A stretch of DNA of 11,144 nucleotides from Candidatus Hodarchaeum mangrovi (GTDB taxonomy: Archaea > Asgardarchaeota > Heimdallarchaeia > Hodarchaeales > Hodarchaeaceae): assembly GCA_016839515.1 (NCBI GenBank), contig JAEOUE010000265.1:1-11144 (forward strand), written 5' to 3'. A program made the translations under genes and the position numbers. The notes beneath the pieces are model-generated. The model was not told the origin of the DNA. It did no database searches and saw only the letters and a list, made by a program, of their open reading frames with translations. Below are positions 1 through 8,083 of the stretch, in pieces (position 1 is the stretch's first letter; each line of letters begins with the position of its first letter).

Positions 1-2
1 AT

Positions 3-476
3 TTTCGGAAAACTAAAGCCATCATTATTCTCATAGTAGCAATTCTAGGTTATTTCTTCTCTCTTATTTTATGGCTTATCTTTCCTCAAACGATTGATAT
101 TTTTCAATTTGAATTTCCATCTATTTTACGCCTTTTTGGAGCAATTATGGCGGTTTTTACAACTATTCTAACGGTATGGGTCCATCATACTTTAGGAACT
201 CAATATTCTGCAAGGTGGCGAATACGAAAGGATCACCAGCTGATAACTACTGGTCCTTATAGTCTAGTTCGTCATCCAATGTATACTACACTTAATCTAT
301 TTTCTGTTTCAGTTTCAATCATCACAGCAAACACTTTAATTATTTTTTTCGCCTTGTGGGTAGCCATTCCATTTTTTTGGATAACTCGGACTGAAGAAAA
401 GTTTCTGATTGAGCTGTTTGGAGAGGAGTACCTTGAGTACATGAAGAATACAGGTAGATTTTTCCCACGATTTTAA
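3..476 (+). CDS. Isoprenylcysteine carboxyl methyltransferase (ICMT/Ste14/PEMT-like) family membrane methyltransferase, 5'-partial
   Basis: The frame is open from position 3 (FRKTKAIIILIVAILGYFF...), so the ORF-track start at 147 is an internal Met. Family motifs HQLITTGPYSLVRHPMY and EEKFLIELFGEEYLEYMKNTGRFFP are present, with several hydrophobic segments. Confidence 0.9.
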   Translation, partial: FRKTKAIIILIVAILGYFFSLILWLIFPQTIDIFQFEFPSILRLFGAIMAVFTTILTVWVHHTLGTQYSARWRIRKDHQLITTGPYSLVRHPMYTTLNLFSVSVSIITANTLIIFFALWVAIPFFWITRTEEKFLIELFGEEYLEYMKNTGRFFPRF

Positions 477-558
477 TTGAATTATATAGCAATCTTTCAT
501 CATTTCTAATTCTGAAAAGGTAACAGGGTACCGAATATTGACTTTTTCGAAATCCAGT

Positions 559-1104
559 CTATTGTATTTTTTTCCCCATTTCAAACCGTATTTCAACCTC
601 ATGACTCTGTTCTTTTGTGTAGGCCTCTAGGTCAAATCCGATCAACTCAAATCCAAATTTCAGATAAAAATCAATCGCTTTTGTATTAGTGTTTTGGCAT
701 TCCACTACAAGGGCTCGTGAATTATAGGTACGAGCTTTTTTCTCTACAAAAGAGAGTAAGTAAGTTCCAAGTCCTCTTCGCTGATATTCGGGCTGAACCA
801 TAATATCCCAAATACGCGTACGTCTCGAATGGGGTAAATATTCGAATATTACTATAGCCATTTCTAATTGGTTATCATTCTCTAAAATATAGTACTCAGC
901 ATTGGTTTTGTACGCCTCAAAATATACTCCTTTCCATTTTTTATAAAATGTTTCTTTAAATGGAGTTTTTTCCCAGTCAAATATCCATCCCATATTATTG
1001 GGCTTTTTAAACATGTTTAGCTTGTAATAATAATCTGAGGAGTATTCCATTACTTCTTTTTTATTATTTGGGAAATCTTCTTTAAATATTTGTTTGAGTT
1101 TCAT
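559..1104 (-). CDS. GNAT family N-acetyltransferase, streptothricin acetyltransferase (Sat)-like
   Basis: Acetyl-CoA motif A IMVQPEYQRRGLGTYLL. The C-terminal VECQNTNTKAIDFYLKFGFELIGFD resembles the Sat-type ETQxxNxxAxxFY..GF...G.D pattern. The ATG at 1104 (MKLKQ) follows a purine-rich GTGAAGGGA; 1137 is the alternative start. Confidence 0.85.
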   Translation of the reverse strand: MKLKQIFKEDFPNNKKEVMEYSSDYYYKLNMFKKPNNMGWIFDWEKTPFKETFYKKWKGVYFEAYKTNAEYYILENDNQLEMAIVIFEYLPHSRRTRIWDIMVQPEYQRRGLGTYLLSFVEKKARTYNSRALVVECQNTNTKAIDFYLKFGFELIGFDLEAYTKEQSHEVEIRFEMGKKIQ

Positions 1105-1267
1105 GCTGTTCCCTTCACAATTTACAACAGTATACATTCTATCTACATATTTTTAGCACATTTCTCATCCTTGAATTAGAAGTTCCTCTTTTTACAATTT
1201 GCAACCCTTAAAAAAGTGAATTTCCTTTCTTCAAACTTACTTTATTAGAATTAATCTCGCATCTTTC

Positions 1268-2017
1268 TTAGTCTTTTTCAGCCTCAAGAATGAGCAGTTT
1301 GTCTCCCTCGACAAATGGTGTGCACTGATAATTCCCCCACTTATTCGTTATAGTAAATCCTATCTGAGAAAGTAGATCTATAATCTCTTCAAAGGTTGTT
1401 ATAGCTGCTTGAGAGTGTTGAATATCTTCAGTTATTTTTATATCATTTTGATATACTTGATATAATAATGTTACTTGGAGGATATTATTTTTCATGCCTT
1501 CAGTCTTTATTAGTCGCTTTATCGTTTTACCCTCCTTCTCTTTTACTCCTGCAGAAACCCAAGACTTTTCTTTCATTAAGCCCAGAAATACATCAAAAAT
1601 TATTCTTCCTTTCGTCTTTAAATGATGATAGATATTGTTCATAGCTTGATAACGTTCCTTGGGTGTCAAGAAATGATCAAAACATCCTGAGAGAATCGCT
1701 GCAGGATAACATTGAGGTAGGTGGAATTCCTTCGCTTCAGCTTCAATAATTATAATTTTATCTTTAAGGTGGGGTAAATCTTCTAATTTCTCTTTAAACA
1801 TATCTCTCATTGCTTTTGAGGGTTCTATACAAACTACATTCACACCAGTTTGAGCGATCGGTATTGCTATCCTTCCAGTTCCTGCTCCGATATCTAATAT
1901 GGAATTGTACTGCTTTGCGAAATCAACAAAAAACTCTATATTTTGTTTATCATCAAACAGGTCGTAATATTTTGCTGCTTTTTCATATCCCTTATCTATT
2001 GGCATTTTATTTACCAT
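1268..2017 (-). CDS. Class I SAM-dependent methyltransferase (small-molecule type)
   Basis: N-terminal AKYYDL, motif I ILDIGAGTGRIAIPIA, acidic end of beta-2 (CIEPSKAM), and HLKTKGRIIFD. The start may instead be the ATG at 2005. Confidence 0.92.
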   Translation of the reverse strand: MVNKMPIDKGYEKAAKYYDLFDDKQNIEFFVDFAKQYNSILDIGAGTGRIAIPIAQTGVNVVCIEPSKAMRDMFKEKLEDLPHLKDKIIIIEAEAKEFHLPQCYPAAILSGCFDHFLTPKERYQAMNNIYHHLKTKGRIIFDVFLGLMKEKSWVSAGVKEKEGKTIKRLIKTEGMKNNILQVTLLYQVYQNDIKITEDIQHSQAAITTFEEIIDLLSQIGFTITNKWGNYQCTPFVEGDKLLILEAEKD

Positions 2018-2026
2018 TTTGGTTTA

Positions 2027-2034
2027 TTATAAAA
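2027..2034 (-). promoter_or_regulatory. Putative archaeal TATA box for the methyltransferase gene
   Basis: TTTTATAA on the minus strand, centred about 25 nt upstream of the ATG at 2005, which fits a leaderless transcript. The AT-rich background makes a chance match possible. Confidence 0.3.
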
Positions 2035-2166
2035 CATATGTTCTTGTCTTTTACTTCCAGTTTAGTACTTTCAAATTCTTATAAGTTGAATCAACACTTC
2101 TAATGATGGAATACATTCTTGTGAGTAAGTAATAATCTGTATATTATGTAAATTACTTTCTTGGAG

Positions 2167-2772
2167 TTATTGGAGTGGTATTGTAGAACAGGAAGAGAAA
2201 TACCAAGGATGTGATGGATAGCAATATCCTATTGCTTTATTTAGCCATGTTCGCTCTTCAATTGCTAAAAGATCTATTGTTTGAATAAAGTCATGAAAAT
2301 CATAAATGGTAGGGGCTTTCGCTTTGTATAACAGGACAATTTCTGGAGAAAGATAAGGAATACTTTGATATCCAATTCTACCAATTTTATAAAGATGTCT
2401 CTTGACCTGTTGATTCCGTCTGAAATACCAATAACAATGGTCTGATTCATTTAATAGTATTTCAAAATTAATCTTATATTTTTCTTTACTAGGAGATGTT
2501 GTATGAAGTTCATGGATGGGTAGAGATAGCCATTCATTTCTTAACCATTTTTCCTGCTTATATTGCCCTGGAATGACTTTATACAAGGTCCAATCATTAA
2601 GATATTCGTATAATTCCTTCTGATCTTGCCTAAAGATCGCAATTTCAATATCTTTATGCACTCGAGTTTTTTTTCCCAAATATAGGTCAATGGCCCAACC
2701 TCCAGCAATATACCAGGGTTTAGTGAAATTATTTAACATTTTCTTTAATTTCAAAACAATTTTGAACTCCAA
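2167..2772 (-). CDS. Nucleotidyltransferase of the aminoglycoside-2''-adenylyltransferase / lincosamide nucleotidyltransferase-like family
   Basis: PWYIAGGWAIDLYLGKKTRVHKDIEIAIFR (GG...HxDxE Pol-beta-type metal-binding motif) and C-terminal IPYLSPEIVLLYKAK...DF...HPW. TTG start with an in-frame TAG two codons upstream. Confidence 0.85.
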   Translation of the reverse strand: MEFKIVLKLKKMLNNFTKPWYIAGGWAIDLYLGKKTRVHKDIEIAIFRQDQKELYEYLNDWTLYKVIPGQYKQEKWLRNEWLSLPIHELHTTSPSKEKYKINFEILLNESDHCYWYFRRNQQVKRHLYKIGRIGYQSIPYLSPEIVLLYKAKAPTIYDFHDFIQTIDLLAIEERTWLNKAIGYCYPSHPWYFSSCSTIPLQ

Positions 2773-2985
2773 TGCCTATCATCCTTAAATATTTGAACGG
2801 TATTTTTTGCTCTTCTTAGCCAATTTTTTGATCATTAGACAAATCCTCACTCATCACCTTGTAAGATTATTGTGATTTAAGGATACCTTCTTGGCTCATC
2901 AATTATTGCTTAGATATTCGAATCTGAGGGAGAATTTTATTGAATATCATTGAAAATATTGAATTCTATTTTGCATATATTCATG

Positions 2986-3018
2986 GTAAAATTTATAAAT
3001 ACTATTATATTATAATAG
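2986..3018 (+). promoter_or_regulatory. Putative BRE/TATA promoter with an adjacent 17-bp palindromic operator
   Basis: Purine-rich GGTAAAA, then TTTATAAA (2992-2999), then the inverted repeat CTATTATA-T-TATAATAG (3002-3018), all in the divergent intergenic region. Confidence 0.4.
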
Positions 3019-3120
3019 CATATTGTTATAAACTAAGGGTTAATTCCTGATGAAACCGTTGAGGTTATTATTTTTTCATTACTTAAAATTGAGAAGGACT
3101 TAGTACAACACTAAAAATTC

Positions 3121-3126
3121 AAGGAG
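3121..3126 (+). promoter_or_regulatory. Shine-Dalgarno-like site
   Basis: AAGGAG ending 11 nt before the ATG at 3138. Confidence 0.45.
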
Positions 3127-3137
3127 AATGAATAATT

Positions 3138-4043
3138 ATGGATATTAAAAAACAGGCATCAATTATTTGTTTATTGATAGGTTTACTATTTGCTTCCTTC
3201 ATAAGTCAAAGCTCTGCTCTACTTGTGTGGGATGAGGACTTTGAGAATCCCCCTTTTGATTGGTTTCTCCACAACTATAACTATACTGGAACATGGATAA
3301 ACACTCCAAATAATTTTCCCCCAATTATTGCTAATGGAGCTTTACATATGTCAACACCCAGTGAAATGTTAGCCTCTGCCATTCACAATAGCACAATCGC
3401 GTATGGAAGCTGGAGTTTTGATTTTCACATATCTTTTGATCAGATTCAAGAGAGTGTGAGTAGGATAATGTTCATTGGGAACAATTATGGTGGAGGAGAC
3501 CTTAATTTGACAGGGAAAGCGTACTCTTGGGCTAATAACCAGCCATCATCCTATGTCATTTATATCACATCTGGAACTGATATGTGGGGTTTAACCTTTA
3601 ATACAATAACATTAAAGATCTGGAAACCAGGATATCCAACACATATTTGGGAAACCCTTGCTGATTATATGTTCTCTTCACCTATTATTGGTTCCCATAA
3701 TATGACCATCACCCGCAATTCTACTCAAGGAGAATTCCATGTCTATCTTGATTCAGAACATCTATTTCAAGTCAGTAATAATGAAATCAATACTTCAGAG
3801 ATTTTTGAGTTTGCTTCCTATATCGGAGATATTTCTTTTGATAATCTTACTGTGAATGACGAGACGACCACAAATACCACAACTACTACAACCCCCACAA
3901 CGACCACGATAACGACGATTCATACGTCATCAACCACAACATCCACAGCAATCCCTACATCAAATCCTACTAAGATTGAATTCGGTATAGTAATACTTGG
4001 TTTTATTATAAGTCTGCTCTTCATTCGGAAACGGAAACGCTGA
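3138..4043 (+). CDS. Secreted, C-terminally membrane-anchored cell-surface glycoprotein (beta-rich, possibly concanavalin A/LamG-like domain, Thr-rich linker)
   Basis: Sec signal peptide (MDIKKQASIICLLIGLLFASFISQSSA/), aromatic beta-strand-rich domain (VWDEDF, AYGSWSFDF, HNMTITRN...FHVYLD, ISFDNLTV), 8 N-X-S/T sequons, Thr-rich linker, hydrophobic helix and RKRKR tail. The fold assignment is inference. Confidence 0.85.
   Translation: MDIKKQASIICLLIGLLFASFISQSSALLVWDEDFENPPFDWFLHNYNYTGTWINTPNNFPPIIANGALHMSTPSEMLASAIHNSTIAYGSWSFDFHISFDQIQESVSRIMFIGNNYGGGDLNLTGKAYSWANNQPSSYVIYITSGTDMWGLTFNTITLKIWKPGYPTHIWETLADYMFSSPIIGSHNMTITRNSTQGEFHVYLDSEHLFQVSNNEINTSEIFEFASYIGDISFDNLTVNDETTTNTTTTTTPTTTTITTIHTSSTTTSTAIPTSNPTKIEFGIVILGFIISLLFIRKRKR
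3864..3962 (+). repeat. Low-complexity Thr-rich linker (ACN codon run)
   Basis: Encodes TTTNTTTTTTPTTTTITTIHTSSTTTSTAIPTS using mixed ACN codons, so the repeat is maintained at the protein level. Confidence 0.85.
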
Positions 4044-4478
4044 ATTCTCTCTCTAAAGACTGGATAATGACTCAGGACTTCTAGTGTTTAGATCTGTTCT
4101 AATTCAATTCATTCATCTCAATATTTCCATAGCTACTCCTTCTTTATATCGGATGGGTCAGATGTTGTATTTTTACTTAGCGAGACCATAATCATAACAG
4201 TATCATTTTAGAAATTCAATATTAATATTTGATGAAATAACTAGGTTGTAAAATTTGTTTAAAGAATGCAAGAAATTCGAGTAATAAATACAGGAAATTC
4301 ATTCTTTTTGTTTCAGAGGTCTAGAAGTAGTTCTTTCATTTCATAAATCAGGTTAGAATTGAGAAAATCTTCTACCAAATTTGTACAAATCTTTCAAAAT
4401 TCAATTATTATCCAAAAGCTTTACATATGGTAATTTTTTTTGATACCAAATCTCCGATTTAGGAATGGAACTTCAACC

Positions 4479-6494
4479 ATGGATTTACTAGAGATTAAGA
4501 AGCTTATTGATCAAGGAAAATACCCTCAGGCATTAAAGTCAATAGAGGAATTGCAAGGAGAGGAGAGATTGGATGGAACAATTCTCAAAAGTCAAATATT
4601 CCAACGTAAAGGGGATTTAAAAGGAGCTCTAACAGAGGCAAAAAGAGTTCTTGAGGAATGTCGTGATTCTGGGAGTAATCTTCAAATCTTTAAAGCGCTA
4701 ATAAGCTTGGGATCTGCTCATTATTCCCTTCGAAATATTCCCGAAGTATCTGAAGTCCTTAAGGAAGCAGAAAATCTCTTTTTGCAAGTTGAATTTGAGA
4801 ATAATGATATTCGTCAAGAATGTCAGGGAATCCTAGCATTTTTACAGGCAGGTATAAGCGAGATTAAAGGAAACATCAACGAATCATTAGACTTGTTTGA
4901 GAAGAGCTTAATCATAAGACAAGCCCTCCCTTATCAGCATGATATAGTAGAAACATTAACTAAAATAGGTTTTATTCATTTAGATGTAACTGGAAAAAAA
5001 GAATTGGCTCTTGATCTTTTTAATCGAAGTTTAGCAATCAGTGAGAAACTAGGAAATCCGATTGCGAATGCTCACTCGCTTAACCGTTTGGGTTGTTATT
5101 ATCATTATATTGAAAATTATGATGAAGCCCTTTCTTACTTTGAGCGGAGTCTTGCGTTATATCAAGGAGTAGACAATAAAGAATGGATTGGAGGATTATA
5201 TAATAATATATCTCTTGTATATCGGGCTAAAGAAAACTATGATTTGACATTGAATTACTTAGAGAGAGCTTTAGCGATTTCTGAAGAACTTGAGGATAAA
5301 CGAGCCTTAATAATCAATCATAACAATATTGGATGGCTTTGTGCTTATAAAGGAGATTTGACTTCTGCTGAACATCACTTTTTACAAAGTTTACAGTTTG
5401 CAGAAGAGCTTGGAGATGTTCTTACTCAAGCTTTTGTATCTATGTTCATTGGTGATATTTACTCTATTTGGAAAGGGGAGCTTGTTCCTGGTTTGGATTA
5501 TTATCAACGAAGCTTATCAATATTTCAAGACTCCGAAAGTGATCCAGGAATTGGATGGATCCTACTTAGGATAGGATGGACACATATCTTACGTGGTGAA
5601 CCTGAGTCTGCATTAAAAAACATTGAAGAAAGTGAGCGTATCTTCACCAAACTTGATCTAAAGGGTGGAATTGCCAATTGTTTTGTTCAATTTGGTCGAA
5701 TCTATAAAATCTTAGGAAAATATGACCAAGCAATTAAATACTTGGAAAATAGTTTAAAAATAGTTAAAGAAACGATTATAGGAGCAAATTTGGGTATGTG
5801 GGTCTCTTATATTCTTCTTCAACTTATATTAGTAACTCAGGATCTCGATTCTTTGGATTTAGCTAAAGATTATCTCAAACAAATGCAAGAGCTTAAACAA
5901 ACAAGTAAGAATAATCTTGTGAAATTAAGAGTTCAGTTTTCAGAAGCTATAGTTTTAAAAATGAGTAAAAGAATGGCAGAGAAATTTCAAGCGCAACAGA
6001 ATTTTCAAGCTATTATTAAAGAGGAAATCCTTAGCCATGATATCACAATCTTGTCAATGTTAAATCTGTGTGAACTACTGATTCTAGAAATGAAATACTC
6101 TGAAACTGCAGATGAGCTGCTTGATAAAGTGACTCAGCTTTCAACACAGATTCATACTATTGCTGACAACCAACAATCTTCCTCACTGACAATATTGGCG
6201 CTGTTACTTCAAACAAAACTAGCTTTGGTACAAGGGGACGTTGAAGAGGCTAGCCATCTTCTAAGTAATGCGAAAAAAATTGCTAGTGAGAAGAATCTTA
6301 TCAATCTACTGGTTCAAATCAAAGTAGAACAGGAAACAGTACAAACTGAGCTCGATAAATGGAATCAATTAATACAACGAAAAGCTTCAATACAAGAGCG
6401 TGTTGAACATGCCCAAATAGCCAGCTGGTTAGTTGAAGCGAAGAAAATTCAGGAAACTTGGGTAAACCCAACCTCAGAGATTGCTAATCAGTGA
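4479..6494 (+). CDS. Tetratricopeptide repeat protein (long ~40-aa TPR units, MalT/TPR_12-like) with a helical C-terminal region
   Basis: Repeated units such as AHSLNRLGCYY..ENYDEALSYFERSLAL, GGLYNNISLVYRAKENYDLTLNYLERALAISEELED and NHNNIGWLCAYKGDLTSAEHHFLQSLQFAEELGD. The ATG at 4479 (MDLLEIKKLIDQGKY) is preferred over the TTG at 4440. Confidence 0.93.
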   Translation: MDLLEIKKLIDQGKYPQALKSIEELQGEERLDGTILKSQIFQRKGDLKGALTEAKRVLEECRDSGSNLQIFKALISLGSAHYSLRNIPEVSEVLKEAENLFLQVEFENNDIRQECQGILAFLQAGISEIKGNINESLDLFEKSLIIRQALPYQHDIVETLTKIGFIHLDVTGKKELALDLFNRSLAISEKLGNPIANAHSLNRLGCYYHYIENYDEALSYFERSLALYQGVDNKEWIGGLYNNISLVYRAKENYDLTLNYLERALAISEELEDKRALIINHNNIGWLCAYKGDLTSAEHHFLQSLQFAEELGDVLTQAFVSMFIGDIYSIWKGELVPGLDYYQRSLSIFQDSESDPGIGWILLRIGWTHILRGEPESALKNIEESERIFTKLDLKGGIANCFVQFGRIYKILGKYDQAIKYLENSLKIVKETIIGANLGMWVSYILLQLILVTQDLDSLDLAKDYLKQMQELKQTSKNNLVKLRVQFSEAIVLKMSKRMAEKFQAQQNFQAIIKEEILSHDITILSMLNLCELLILEMKYSETADELLDKVTQLSTQIHTIADNQQSSSLTILALLLQTKLALVQGDVEEASHLLSNAKKIASEKNLINLLVQIKVEQETVQTELDKWNQLIQRKASIQERVEHAQIASWLVEAKKIQETWVNPTSEIANQ

Positions 6495-6562
6495 GATATA
6501 GTCAACAATTATCATCTAATGAACCCGAATGGGGATTTATTCTAAGGATTGAGTTTCTGATC

Positions 6563-6589
6563 TGTAGTCTTGGATGCCACTACATTTTT
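6563..6589 (+). terminator. Possible terminator of the TPR gene
   Basis: TGTAGT-(10 nt)-ACTACA stem followed directly by TTTTT, about 70 nt after the stop codon. The stem is weak. Confidence 0.25.
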
Positions 6590-6864
6590 CCTGTACATTG
6601 AACATTTTCCGAGATAGATATTCAAGAACCAAATAAAATATTTATGTCACCATCAAGATTCCTAGGAATTCAAGTATTAATAATAAAGATTTAATAAGAT
6701 TAATAGAAGTATCTAGGCCAAATATAGTTAGGAACAGTATTAGAAAGATAATTACTAATTTAAGAATAGCATAATTATTATTTTCTACAATTAATGAGAA
6801 TTAATTATTAAATGATCCAAATACTGCTGTATATATAAGTATCAATTCCGTTCCCATAAGAAAA

Positions 6865-6885
6865 TGTCCTAGAATTGTCCTAGAA
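6865..6885. repeat. Short direct repeat TGTCCTAGAA x2 (11-bp period)
   Basis: TGTCCTAGAA at 6865-6874 and 6876-6885, separated by one T. Confidence 0.6.
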
Positions 6886-6907
6886 GGATAATTTTCAGCT
6901 GTCTTTT

Positions 6908-8083
6908 TTACTCCATAACAGTCCAACTTTGATAGCCACAGAATGGACAAGCGGGATCCATATTTCCTTTCATAAGTATCAAAGATTCAAATTCTGATGT
7001 TTGAATCCCCCTGAGACATCGCGAACAGAATATGGAGTTATCTAGTTCTAGTGGGCTACCGCTTAGCATAGAATATGTACTAATGACTCTTCTAACCACT
7101 TTAGTTCTCGCTTTCCTTAATATAGTTGTGGCTCGTTCTTGATTGGAGAAGATTAAACCAAGACCTAGAAAGAACACCATGATTAATAAAAGGTCTAAAG
7201 AGAAATATCCCTCTAGTCTAGAGCTCGAACTTCCTATATAGAAGAAAATAGCAATTATACCTATCCAATGGAGATTATTCCACGTTCCTTTCATAATTTT
7301 ATTAAGATTATTTCCAATAAAGACTAAGCTAGCCTCAATAAACCTTTGAATAGCCCTACTAGCTATTTTAACAAAATGGAAGATACGTATTGGTAGATGA
7401 CGCAACCCAGTAATTAAGCTCTCAAATAATCCTTGAAGAGTATTCTTGATTAATTGTAATAATGCCCCAATTGCTGCTCTATATTGGTAATTACGAATAT
7501 AGAGGATACTCATGGTTGCTAAATTAACTATTTTATCATCCCAATCCGTTCTGTGAAGTGAGACACCCAAAATTATTAACAATAAGCCAAGAGGAATCAT
7601 TATGATATAATCTTCAAAGCTTGAGGGTAATCTAAAGATATGAGATAATATTTGAGTGAAAATGGGAAAAGCAAAGAATACTCCAGGGAGGAAAAAGAAG
7701 ATAATACCCATATCAGTTATCAGGACACCTAGAGCTCCCCATTCGGAGAACTCTCGCCATCGTAGTACATCGATCACAAATGCTAATATTAAAAAATAAA
7801 ATGGGAAAATAATGATTTGAATCAGGCGCTGTGTCTGTTCCTCTGATGTCTTCCCACCGTACCCAAAAATTACACCAAGAGCTAAGGAGAAAAAGAAGAT
7901 AACAATTCCTATTTGAGTAGCCCGGGAAAATGCCTTGGCATGATAAAATTCTGAAATTTCCTTCCTGACTTGAGTGATAAGAGCTTCTTGTTTCTTTGTT
8001 TTACTTGTCACTATTTCTGTGTGAGCCTTATAATCTTCTTCAGCTTGTTTTTTATCAAATCCTAACCATTCTTTGTCATTCAT
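6908..8083 (-). CDS. Hypothetical polytopic membrane protein (~6 TM, long amphipathic helix) with a C-terminal C4 zinc finger
   Basis: Charged N-terminus, about 4 TM segments, a long amphipathic stretch, a 2-TM hairpin, a basic helix, then CSRC-x22-CPFC. The start is placed at ATG 8083 (MNDKEW) because AAGGTGAG lies 4 nt upstream and the ATG overlaps the upstream gene's end (ATGAATGA). Confidence 0.85.
   Translation of the reverse strand: MNDKEWLGFDKKQAEEDYKAHTEIVTSKTKKQEALITQVRKEISEFYHAKAFSRATQIGIVIFFFSLALGVIFGYGGKTSEEQTQRLIQIIIFPFYFLILAFVIDVLRWREFSEWGALGVLITDMGIIFFFLPGVFFAFPIFTQILSHIFRLPSSFEDYIIMIPLGLLLIILGVSLHRTDWDDKIVNLATMSILYIRNYQYRAAIGALLQLIKNTLQGLFESLITGLRHLPIRIFHFVKIASRAIQRFIEASLVFIGNNLNKIMKGTWNNLHWIGIIAIFFYIGSSSSRLEGYFSLDLLLIMVFFLGLGLIFSNQERATTILRKARTKVVRRVISTYSMLSGSPLELDNSIFCSRCLRGIQTSEFESLILMKGNMDPACPFCGYQSWTVME

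Noticed and set aside
3-476. ICMT-family gene as evidence for eukaryote-like protein prenylation
   Set aside because: The family is widespread in prokaryotes, no protein here ends in CaaX, and no prenyltransferase is present.
336-602. 88-aa minus-strand ORF
   Set aside because: Overlaps the GNAT 3' end in another frame and runs antisense to the ICMT-family gene; no recognisable motif.
1810-2103. 97-aa plus-strand ORF
   Set aside because: Antisense shadow of the methyltransferase gene; no motif.
4113-4141. Minus-strand AAGGAG plus ATG mini-ORF (MEILR*)
   Set aside because: Only five codons with nothing downstream; probably chance.
4218-4390. 12-bp palindromes AATATTAATATT (4218-4229) and ATTTGTACAAAT (4379-4390)
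   Set aside because: Unrelated to each other and plausible by chance in AT-rich DNA.
6655-6890. CRISPR array or transposon ends in the convergent spacer
   Set aside because: The repeats are only about 10 bp with no repeat-spacer periodicity, no terminal inverted repeats, and no cas or transposase gene.
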